A stretch of DNA of 64,000 nt from Spongospora subterranea f. sp. subterranea. Its lineage: Eukaryota. A program made the translations under genes and the position numbers. Location: assembly GCA_049724395.1 (NCBI GenBank), contig JAUGWO010000128.1, forward strand, positions 310,001-374,000, read 5' to 3'. This document shows, piece by piece, positions 51,906-62,700 of the stretch. The notes under the pieces were generated by a model. The model was not told where the DNA came from and searched no databases. It was given only the letters and a program-made list of their open reading frames with translations. Position 1 is the first letter of the stretch. Every line of letters starts with the position of its first letter.

Positions 51906-52312
51906 TATAAAAACACATTATCCCCGTTGCATATGAGTTGGACTTACCCTAGAACCCTCGGTTGCACCAGGGTTTTCCATTCATCATTTCTGGAACCCTA
52001 TATCGCCAATGAGCTACAAGGTCGAAAGAAGTGTGAAACTCTTCCGTTTGCAATGGATGACTCTCAACAAGTAATATATGAGGTTGAGGACATTAATGCG
52101 AGTCGTTTATATCGAGGTCAATATCAGTATCTGGTACACTGAAATAAATACGACATTTCCGATCGCACTTGGGAACCTGCTTCATCATTTATAACCTCGA
52201 CCACACCGGCGTTAAAGGATACTATTCTGGTGTTCCATCTTCAGAATCCTGATGCACCGCACCCTAGACGGGGAATACTGTCATGATCGTACTGTGACCC
52301 TCCTCTATGACA
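51906..52312 (+). mobile_element. Ty3/Gypsy chromovirus 3' remnant: integrase tail, chromodomain, PPT, LTR start
   Basis: PVAYELDLP*..RVFHSSFLEPY; YEVEDINASRLYRGQYQYLVH*NKYDISDRTWEP; purine tract agacggggaa, then TGTCAT at 52279. Confidence 0.85.
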
Positions 52313-52741
52313 TAAATAAACAGCTAACCGTATCGTTCGAACTGGGCACTATTAACATCGTTTGTATTAACATTTTTGAACTGACGTGAATCAAGACCAA
52401 TCCAACTAAAAACAACACCGACGCCTCGTGTTCAATTGTGGCCAACTAATTGCCGAAGAGAGCGACTGCCGTTAACCATAATCAGAGGCTAAATAGTGAA
52501 TAAACTACAGTGCCATTCGGTAGTTTGTTCACCTATCAGTGCTTTGGTCCTCGTGAGGCTGTTGCTGCTGTGGGGGTTGTACTAAAACACAGATAAAACA
52601 GATGAACAATATCAAACAACAACCGTACACTGTTCCAGCAGGCGATTTAGGATCAACTCGCGAGGACCACGATCCAGCAGTAATGCCACGTATATTCTAC
52701 TATGGAATGGGCAATCAGAATACAATCCCCTCTGAAGATAC

Positions 52742-53079
52742 CTATCCTAACTCGTAACGGTTTTCGAGCTCTCTATATAGATAATAAAAAAAAATTGAAA
52801 GGGGAATGAATAAGATAGTTAAACAACCGTTCGGCTTGCGCATCGGCTTGGCGCTGAATCAGCTCGGCTTGGGCTGTGAGCTCAGCTTGGTCTCCTTGGG
52901 CATCGGCTCTGCGCTGATGGCAATCTTTGACGCAATTTCAGCAGACGCAAAGGCCGACGGAAGCGATTGCAAAAAAAACGATCACCAGCGATGTGATGAT
53001 AACAAACATAATGAAGCAATGAACGTCACGCACCTGCAATGGCCGATATAATGGATCCAGCCAACACGGATTCATTCAT
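52742..53079 (-). pseudogene. Paralog (copy B) of the 51156-51490 micropeptide gene, pseudogenised
   Basis: 52579-53173 is a diverged reverse complement of ~51060-51652. It reads MNESVLAGSIISAIA|VASVGLCVC*NC..QADAQAER|ELENRYELG*. Intron-1 acceptor is AA instead of AG, and there is a premature TGA at 52938-52940. Confidence 0.55.
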
Positions 53080-53224
53080 CTATGCAGTGAACTTATGAAT
53101 AATTCTGAAAGAATCAACAACAACAATACTAACAATGGCCGTTTGATATCCAAATGAATTAAGAAGCGTGATCAGTCAGGAGGTGTTCCCAGTAAGTGCA
53201 GACACTCATCAATGGACAGCGTCG

Positions 53225-53975
53225 CTATCGGAGCACTGGTTTAAAAGTCGCCACCGATATATTCCTGCGTCTTCGTGTCGTCACTGATGAGATATGAAAG
53301 ACTCGACGCAGAGTCTGAATTCGGACCTTCAATTCTAAGATGGCCCTTGTAAGGTTTGTCTTGAGGAACTCCCGAATTGCCCGCAGATGTTCGACACAAT
53401 CATCAACGCTGAGGCATATTGTGGAGGATGTAGTCGTCGCAGGTGTATCAAATCGATGGAAACCATAATTTGCATAAAATAACCTCATTTTCATATCGGA
53501 GTGGTCGCTGCTATTGTACGAAAATTCAGCCGATGATAACCAGTCTGCCCCATGGTGTTGACGGTACGATACGAAGCAACCCAGGTATTGCTCGAGAGCC
53601 TGAGTTTACACGCTCTGTCTGACCGTCAGTTTGTGGATGGTGTGTGGACGAGAGTTTGCGCTAGACCTTTAACCAATTCAAAAAAGCTTTCCAAAATTTG
53701 AAAATAAACTGAGGATTGTGGTCGCTTACGATGTCGTCTCGAAGACCATGGAGTTTGAGCCCCTGGTGAAATAGTAAGATCGATATCTGTTCTGCCGTTT
53801 GCGCTTCGACACAGGGGATGAAGTGCGCCGTTTTCGAGAACCAATTCACAACAATCAAAATGGAGTCGAAACCGCTGGAGAGTAAGATCTTCGTTATGAA
53901 GTCGAGGGAGATGGAAGACCATAACTTGGTCGGTAAGGGCAGTGGCCTCAGCAGGCCGAAGGGTGCCCGGCCAGG
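53225..53975 (-). mobile_element. Degenerate Ty3/Gypsy integrase core (rve)
   Basis: PFGLLRPLPLPTKLWSSISLDFIT, VVNWFSKTAHFIP, HGLRDDIVSDHNPQF..FW, HHPQTDGQTERVN, AEFSYN; stops and frameshifts present. Confidence 0.92.
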
Positions 53976-54229
53976 AGAAATTACGTCTACCAGTAATTAT
54001 GAGTGCGAGTCAATCAATTCCGATAGAAGGTTATGTTGGAGTCTGTCCTGACGTGGAACAAACCAACTAAAAATAACACCGGCGTCTCGTGTTGGCTCAA
54101 CTGTGGCCAACTCCTTGCTGAAGAGAGCGGCTGCCGTTAACCATAGCCAGAAGCTAGTTGTGCAACACGACGCCTGCACGCAAGAGTTAAACACTCGCGG
54201 TCGACAAACAGACACGTGATGACGAAAGT

Positions 54230-54990
54230 GTCCTGCTCAAAGAGTTCTGATGCTATTAATGGGATTGCAAAGCGTACGTTGTACGCTGCCTGTTGCCCGA
54301 AAGACGGCAGGTAATACACTAACCAAACCTGGGACATGTTCCGCGATGATTTCGTGCGGTTCCCATGTAGCGCCGGTAACTTCAAAACCATGCCACTGAA
54401 CCAGAAGTTCTGACGTACCAATCACTGAATTGGTACGCCGATCCAAGATCGCTTCGGGAAAAAACGTATTGCTGGTCAACGCAACATTTCCCAGCAGCTT
54501 TGTAGTGATATCGAGAATTGCTGTCGTCGTAGAACTTGAGACGAGACGCGTGTACGTCATTTTCCGAACCCGTTATTAAATCGCGAACCGTGAATATTAA
54601 CTGGTGAGGAGTTGTGCTCACAATGGCGACAGGTCCAACCAATTACATTCGGTCTTAGACGGTGTTTCGTCTAATGTTAGTAGCGATGAGACAGTAATCA
54701 CCTTTCCGGAAATTTGCTTGTTCAACCGATTTTTGCTTATGGCGACGTGAGCGGACATTCGCTCGATGAGACGAAACTGTTTTCTGAACCGAATGATGTA
54801 TGTTATCGAGAGATTCCAGAAGATTGGAAGTTTGGGCGAAAATGGAATCGGCACTCAAAGGAACGTCGACAACCTTGTCTAAGGACGGATTATGTGGTTC
54901 ATCGCCATGTTCTTCAATGACAAAATGCTGGGCCAGTCCTGCAGAAAGTTCATTTGCATTTCGGATGCTAGTGCTTTCAACATAGCCAGG
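54230..54990 (-). mobile_element. Second Gypsy-family remnant: integrase tail + chromodomain
   Basis: VEQANFRKGDYCL, TVRDLITGSENDVHASRLKFYDDS, ELLVQWHGFEVTGATWEP..HVPGLV across shifted frames. Confidence 0.8.
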
Positions 54991-55389
54991 AACACACGAA
55001 CCTAAGCAAACCGGTCACAAGGACCTATCAACAAGACAGGACAGCTCGGTTCTCCATCAGCCAGGCCAGTGTTGTCCCGAAAGATTCCCGACGACCTTTT
55101 GAAGAGATACTAAAACCGCGATCCGCCAGAGGGTGGATGGTTAGTCTGCCATGGCCGCCATTGGGTACAGGTCTGTCCCTCAGCTACCCACGAACAGATC
55201 CAGCAAGTTTTCGCTCAGCTCAAAGTCAAAAACATCAACAAAGCAAAACGTAACGTCGTAAAGGAAATAACGGGCGTCAATCAACAGGTTGTACGAATTG
55301 GAAAGTCGACTCGTTGGAAGTACGATCTGGATAACTTCTCCTCGAGGACGACACTTAGTAATACTGTACATATAAAGGTACTGTACATA

Positions 55390-55724
55390 GAGCATCTCCA
55401 CCGCGGACTATTATCTTTATCTGTAAATCTGAAAATAATGAATGAATTCCGGATTAAATGACCAAGTCGCAATCTGAGTGGTGGGACCTCTTTAAAGTTC
55501 ACGCATTATTCCTACTTGAACCACATATAACGACTCTCCGGTGGAGATACGAATCATTAGAATTTCATCAGAAAAGATAAAGATAATAGTCCGCGGTGGA
55601 GATGCTCGCGTGTCATCTAGCGCGGACGCTAGGTTTAGCGACGCATTAGTGTGGGGGCAAAAACGCTAAATTTGCCACGCTAACCCTGTTATTAAGAGAT
55701 TTAGCGCGACGGGTGGGGATGCTC
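55390..55724. mobile_element. PIF/Harbinger (Tourist-like) MITE 55390-55607 with 33-bp TIRs, plus a second related right end at 55712-55724
   Basis: gagcatctccaccgcggactattatctttatct ... agataaagataatagtccgcggtggagatgctc; the second end ggtggggatgctc is followed by TTA. Confidence 0.85.
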
Positions 55725-55887
55725 TTAGTATAGATATCGTCATAGGGTAAGGTACTCCGATTGCCCATCCTTAGGGTAATAAGAATTGCTGCACTGATGG
55801 AGAAGGAGTTTCAAGAAGAGCTGCTGAAAACAGTCTTGGAAGAACGTAATGATGCTGTGAAATACTGTTCATCTATTTTATGTGTGT
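55725..55887 (+). pseudogene. Truncated third copy (C) of the micropeptide locus: stop codon and 3' flank only
   Basis: ttagtatag...aaggtactc.gattgcccatccttagggtaataagaattgctgca...aaatactgttcatct.ttttatgtgtg matches 51482-51643. Confidence 0.7.
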
Positions 55888-56134
55888 TAAGTTTCCAACC
55901 GATTCACCCCTTCGGCGGATAAGAGCGCTGCGCCTTCTATTTTTGCCCTTTGGAGTCTGATAGCCTGTATTTCCGGTGGCCAAAGCGCACGCCAAATTTA
56001 CCGGTCACCGTGGAGTATGGTACCTATATGGACAGGGGATCACTCACAGTTAAAGTCCGCTAATCCTCGTTACCTTACGGGTTGATCAACCCCATCCTGC
56101 TCCTTTATTGCACACAATACAGCCCCTTTAATTG

Positions 56135-57171
56135 ATGGGGCAAGGGCCTTCTTCGGCAGGATTAGGTTCCAACGATGATACCACCAGTGCTGTTCTAAAT
56201 GAAGAAATTATGCAGCTGGATGCGGGAACGCCCAATCTTCTTGCAGATCATGTCCGCGAATGCTTAGACTCGGAAGGTCTTGATGGAAATAGTCAACATA
56301 TTATCGATCCCCCAGATGGAGCCAAGGTTATTTTGGCTGCTCGCTATGCGTTTTGTCCCTAAGATTGAGTTATTTTGGGTTCATAGGAACCAGAATCTGT
56401 ACCTGCCGTTTTCACATGGCCGTATGGGGGGGAGAATGTTTATATAACTGGATCCTTCAACCAATGGTCGGGGAAAATCCCAATGTATCGATCCAATAAG
56501 GATTTTGCTGTGATATTAGAGCTTCCTCCAGGCGTCATTCAGTATAAGTTCATTGTCGATGATCAATGGTGCAAATCTGATTTAATTTTGAATTGTGGTT
56601 TGATTCTTTGGACATCCGGAAGTTTATATATTAATTTTACCAGCTTTCGTTTAATACTTCTTGTCTACAGGAGATTTGCCCCAGATCAACCCACCGTTGT
56701 AGACGCACAAGGTGTCATCAACAACCAGATTGAGATCAAAGCTCCGGAACAGGAAAACAATTTCGAGAATGATGATGCTGACGGATGTGGAACATACGGT
56801 CAAGTAGAGCCGTGTCATGACAATTATGCGAAAGATCCCCCGCCACTTCCTCCACATCTTGGCATTATTCTTTTGAATTCTGACGAAATCGCTGGGCAAA
56901 ATGATGCGGTAATGTTGCCTGTACCGCAACATGTCACATTAAGTCATTTATACGCATCCAGATCAGAGACAGCTGCAGAGGTTACCTTCGTTTCTGTTCT
57001 TCTTTTCTTTTAGGCTGAAACTTTGACTGTTATCAGGAAAAAGTTTGTGTCCTCGGAATTACGCAACGATATATGAGCAAATTTGTCACTACCGTATACT
57101 ATCGCCCCAATCCTTTGCCAGGAACATTACCATCCCAACCATTTCAAGCACCTGCTCCTTTTCTCTCATAG
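56135..57171 (+). CDS. PRKAB: AMPK/SNF1 beta subunit (4 exons)
   Basis: MGQ myristoylation-type start, VPAVFTWPYGGENVYITGSFNQW (CBM), QYKFIVDDQW, DPPPLPPHL..ILLN, LPVPQHVTLSHLY, RYMSKFVTTVYYRP. Confidence 0.95.
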
Positions 57172-57865
57172 TATACTCATAATGCATGCTAAAGTACGTT
57201 TGTAGTCTGCTCGTGTTGCTTCGCGCTATGAAACAAGAGAAAAAGAAGGCCATACGGTATAATCTGAATTTGAGCTTGCTCAATTTTGACTTCGGAGATT
57301 GCGAGTAACCCTCCATTGCGACATAAACCAGCATTGCTATTCACAATTAGAGTTGTTTGAGAGCAGAATTGTTTGTGCAAAAATCGTTCATGGTTGAACA
57401 TGTTGTTCAAAAATTTGATGAAAACGGTGCAACAACAACATTATCTTTGAACCCGACTTATCAATAAAAACGATTTTTTTATAAGAGGCATGCTGAACCC
57501 TTTTTCGAATTGGAGTAGTACATAGTAGGAAAGTCGATATCAAAGGTTTGCGGGTACTGTTGTGAAGGGCCTGCGAACGAGAGAGGATTCCCGCTACGAC
57601 TGTAGCAAACCCATTCTTCGACTCGGTTAAACTTTATTGCAGTAATGCAGTTCATGGTTATGATGGCTGGGGAAACCGATCCACCAACATCTTCGTGGCC
57701 GCATGGGCTATCGCAGATGCATTGTCTGAGTTCGCTGAATCGCGTTAAGGTGCAGATACCGGTGCAGGGTGGCGCCAAACGGTCGCTACTACGGTGTGTT
57801 GGTGCGGCCCCGTGATTGGGTCTGTGACATTGCGGTCTCGGCTCCCACAGCTATTTCCATTTTAA

Positions 57866-58842
57866 ATGGTGCAATATGGCCTGGATCAGAACACTGTATT
57901 GTCCCTCGATCCTCGTATCAGAGATTATGTACTTTTGCCGATATGCGTCTTCGTCATAATGCAGGTGAAATATAGTGCCCGTCAGCTCGGCATTGTCTCC
58001 TCAATCCGATCATGGTCAGGGTATACTCCGGCACTTTGTTTCAATTTTATTGCAGACCCAACCTCGAAAACCGAAAAGAAATGAAATTCGGCATGGAGAA
58101 CTGTTGCGAAGGGCGAAATTATTTCGGAATAATTCCCAATTCTTAAACGAAAATGCGTTTCAATCAAGACGAATCTCTCTTATCGATAACTTTAAAGTCG
58201 TTATCGAGGAGCTGAAGCCTAAAGAAGAGTCAACTAGCCCAGATGCGCCTATGCAGATGCCGGTGCAGAATCCGGAAGACTTACAATCAATGCTCAATAT
58301 GATGAAACAGGTGCTGAAGTATATGCGTGTTCAGTCTGATTTCTAACTTATGTGTTAGAACTTTGCCAATGTCATTCCCAATATGCTTTCGATGGCCTGG
58401 ATAAGCTACTTTTTTTCAGGATTTATACTGGTCAAACTTCCTTTCCCGTTAACGCAAAGTTTCAAAGGGATGCTCCAGCAAGGAATTTCTATATCTCATT
58501 TGGATCCCTCTTATGTAAGTTCCCTCAGCTGGTATTTCATCAATCTGTTTGGGGACGCGAGGTCTACTTTCTCTTTGTCTGGGTAAATATCGTGAGTGCT
58601 CTTGTTTGCCCTGTTTTGGTCTTGTGGTTGTTGATATATCTTCGATTTTAGCTGCCGATGAAACTCAAGAAATGTACTCTCAAATGACAGTAATGCCTAC
58701 TGCTGGCCCTATGAATACTGGGACTCATAAGCCGTTCGAGCAAGAAAAGATCGAACTAGAAATATCAAAGCTAATATCAGTTGTTGATGATGCAGAGAAT
58801 CGACTTCTAGGAAAACTACCGCGCAAAGCTCATAACGATTAA
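57866..58842 (+). CDS. EMC3: ER membrane protein complex subunit 3 (multi-exon)
   Basis: LDPRIRDYVLLPI, GILRHFV, WISYFFSGFILVKLPFPLTQSFKGMLQQGI, LDPSYVSSLSWYFINLFG. Confidence 0.95.
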
Positions 58843-58976
58843 AATAATGTTTTTGTTCAAAACTTTGACATTGATCTTGGCAGTCCGACATGGCCAGTTA
58901 ACGTTCACACTTTTTTAACACCAGTTCGTTGTCGAAGCCGTTCCACTGTAGATTGACCGATGATTTGCATAACAGA

Positions 58977-59452
58977 CTAGTTTGATTGGTGGTTTATATA
59001 GTGCGATACAAGTTTGTCGTCAAAACACTCACGTTCAATCAGCGGATCCTTCCAATGACCGGTGTCGATACGATGCAATTGGGGAATAGCTTTCAGTTGC
59101 AACTGGGGATCTATTCTATATGGATGGGATGGATTCCCTTTGTAGCTATATTCACAATTCCGAACGTTATGGGCGGAAGATGGAACGGGCTAAGCGCTAA
59201 CCTTTCCCTTGCTACCACTAATTCTAGCAAGCATACCGGATTGGTATGCCGTTCTAGAGCTTCCATGATGATCGGGAAAGCCTGATCGCAATCTGGACAC
59301 CAGCTCTTCCCACTTGTTGGATCACGCTGGCCGAACACAAGAATAAACAGATCCGAGCCATGCGCCTGGCTGAAGGCCCGAGCCTGATCAAGCGATTCAT
59401 GGTAGTATTGAGGATCCGGACACAGTATTGTGTGAACCGCCGTAGTTGACAT
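58977..59452 (-). CDS. TXNDC17: Thioredoxin-related protein TRP14/TXNDC17 (2 exons)
   Basis: GKSWCPDCDQAFP active site; exon 2 YKGNPSHPYRIDPQLQLKAIPQL..LIERECFDD. Confidence 0.9.
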
Positions 59453-59798
59453 GTTATGGTGTATGTGATATGCGCCTTTAGGTTGACCCTCACCCCACGT
59501 GCTCAATAAAAATTCCGCTCAACTTGGGAATATACAGAGAATGGGTCAATTTGATTGCATTCCTTCAACCGAAAATATCACTTTTCGATTTGATTCACAC
59601 TTTCTCGAAACTTGGAAGCTTCCATAATCAACAGCAAGAAGCAACGATATTTCAAATGGTTAAAGCCTGTTTAACCCATGGCAGAACCGATTTCTCTATG
59701 ATATGTGCAAGGTATATTGGTCCAAAAAAAAACGCTGACTCAGAAGGGACTTTTGAATCAATGTCCTAGATATGTTTTCTCTAATTTTATACGTATGC

Positions 59799-62700
59799 TT
59801 AATTGGCGTTGCTCCAAAACCGGGATATGTTTAGGAAACTAGCGCGCGGTTTGGTGGAAAGTTTTCTATGAGCTGCGTCGAAATCGTTGATGTTTCTCTC
59901 AGACTTTGAAGAAAAATCTTGCTGTTGTTTGGTCGAGCTTGGAAAAGGAACGTTTCGCACGTAAGCAGAAGAATTGAATTGCTCATCGGATAAAGGTGAT
60001 ATAAACTGAAGATGCGAATCTTCATCCGCTTCCACAATTGGATCGGTTAAGAATGGAGGATCAGGAGGCTGTCCCAATTCTAATGGAGGGTAGATTTCCA
60101 AGTCGGAGATTGTTTCAGCACCCAACTCATTCCCACCAGCGGAAGCAAAGCTGGAACTTTCGATAATTGGCTGCATTTGCTTACGATCGACTCGCAAATC
60201 CTTGCTTAGGCGACGAGAAACGCCAGCTCCCTGCGAGCTAGAATTGGCTCGAACAAAGGATTCAACAAGCTACAGAATGAATTAAAAAAAGTGAAAACTT
60301 TGAGAAAAGCGCACTGCGTATCACCTGAATGCTGCTTTTCCTCTTCTTGACCAAATCAGCTCCATCACCAACCTCGAACATCAGGATCTCGTCAAAAGAC
60401 GCCATTCTTCTTCTCCATCTGTTCTCTTCTTCCCGTTTCTTTTCCGCAGGCAAACTTGACTGGGCCACAGTCTGCAACAAAAGCGAATCCCAACGCCTCC
60501 TGTTAGACCGCAAAGAACTACAGGCGACGATGCACGTTGGTAAAAGTTGAGTCAGAGAAACGAACAGTGGCGCCACAACAAAATCAATGAAGTTCAAAGT
60601 GAACTGCAATCGATCCGTGGAATGTCGATCACAGTTCGGGGAGATAGTCATATCAGACGACCGTTCGATGTCGCCTTGATGAAACAACTCAATCAGAATG
60701 CAATCGGACCAACGCTTAGCAGATGACCATGACTTGCACTGGTTGCTGATATCCGAGGCATGTAAAAACATGTTGACAATGATTTCGCGATCAGTTGCAG
60801 AGAATTGTGTTCCATCCACCACCGACGGATGACGACTGCTAAGGGGTGACGATCCAGACCGACGAGATTTCGTCGCAACATGATCGTTATGACGAACTAG
60901 TAAGTTGAAGAACTTTTCGCTTAAAGAAAAATGGCATGTCATATCTGTTGCGAGAATAGACGATATTATAATCTTTCGAATTTGGCGATATTCAGTTGGG
61001 GACAGGTTCGACAGCACGTTAGCCTCCGGTCGTTTCAGGAGGCGGAATGTCAAAGCACAGTGATGCTGCTCTAGGACGGCCTGGTCATTATACAGCAGAG
61101 CTAGTTTCGTGGAGGCGTTGACTTGGTAGCTGTTGCCGAGACCCGGGTGACCGATGTCGTGGCAGGCTGATGCGATCACTAAAGCAAATGTCTCTAAAGG
61201 CGATAGAAATGCGTTGCCAGAAAATGACCGAAGAAGGCAGCAGACGGTCTGAGTGGTATCTACCGAATGAAACAGATTATGATATGGATTATCCATATAG
61301 GAATCAGCCACCATTGTTACAAAAGCACTCATCACCGAAAAATCGATCTTGAACGTGTTGAGAAAATCGAGTCCTTCGAACATTCGTATAAGGAGACGCG
61401 TAAGATAGGATTTGTCGTATAGAAATATGTCGAACTCCCAGCTGAAAAGCGTCTCAAAAGAAGGAACGTCATCAACTGACGACGAAGGTTGAGCGCTAAG
61501 AGTTGCTTGAAAATCTAAATCGGTGGATAATTGCATCGCATTTAAGGAAAGGCGTTGAGAGCTCGTGTCATTGACAGGAGAATCGTCGCCACTTTCACAC
61601 GATGCGCTACCCAAGGAGTTGACTTTGGACCGACGCCGACTCCGAACGGTCGCTGGAGATGACTCATTTAGACTCAGGGTTCTCACAGACCTGTTGATAT
61701 CGTCCCTTCCATCTAATGTATAGCATTGTGCAAGCCATTGTTTTGTAGATTCATCAATATCGCACTCGTCCATCATCTTGAGAAACCAGTCTGCTGAACG
61801 ATAGTTTTCGATATCTCCGATTTCTTCAGGTAAAACAGAAATAGAATTGTGAGCAACAGCCGAATGTGGCTCAGCGGGGTCCGAAGGTAGAGGAGAGAAT
61901 TCGCCATTGTCGCAAACTTGGCAAAATGATTCCATAACAGACTGCAAATCACCTATTTCACTTCGGATGGCATCCTTTGAGAAGTTCTCTTGACTATCCA
62001 TTTCATTGATCAGGCGCTGTATAATCTGAGAAGCTACCCTGGCAAAATAGCTAGATTCTTGACACCGGCAATTCCCAACAGGAACATTGTTTACTTCTTG
62101 CAAACCTGAGTTAGATTCTCCCATGAGCTCTTCTTCAGGGCAATCAGATGTGACCTGCCCCGACAACTGAGATGTTTCTTCTTGAAGCCGGCATATGAGA
62201 TCAACCCAGCCCTCATAATCGGAACTATCTTCTGCCCGAAGAACAACCGAAACTTCTTTATCGTAAATGACAACCGGACCTTCTAGGCTGAGATTGGACT
62301 CCACTTTGATTACCAACATATCAGGTAGTTTTTTGATTCGTGAGGTACCAAAGCAAACAGCACAGGAGATGTCATCATCAAATTGAGAACTTGACATGGC
62401 TAGTGTATCTGATGATACACAAACCCAGCGCTTTCGCCAGCGTTCTTTATCATCATCGATAATGGCAAGTTGGTCCAGCACATACAGATATCCTGATTTG
62501 AGGATCGCGGATTCAGACAAGAGTGGGCGTAATACACCACTGTCGCTGAAATGATCCTCTGTGGTGACGAAAGAATTTCCTTGAAAGAGCCAACGGATCA
62601 AATGATCTTTTACACCATAAGGAAGCGATATTCCATCAAGTTCGATAGCCGGTCTCCAAGATGATCGTTGTTGCCCAACTTCGCTGATTGAAGAGTTCAT

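Larger units (their letters stand above)
52381..54156 (+). repeat. Dispersed ~110-bp direct repeat pair (52381-52491 and 54048-54156), probably LTR fragments
   Basis: ctgacgtg..ccaactaaaaa.aacacc..tgtggccaact..gaagagagcg.ctgccgttaaccata shared by both copies. Confidence 0.75.

Noticed and set aside
57189..57778. Small minus-strand gene between AMPK-beta and EMC3 (YPQTFDIDF faintly IFT25/CEP104-like)
   Set aside because: Could not assemble a convincing spliced ORF or motif set.
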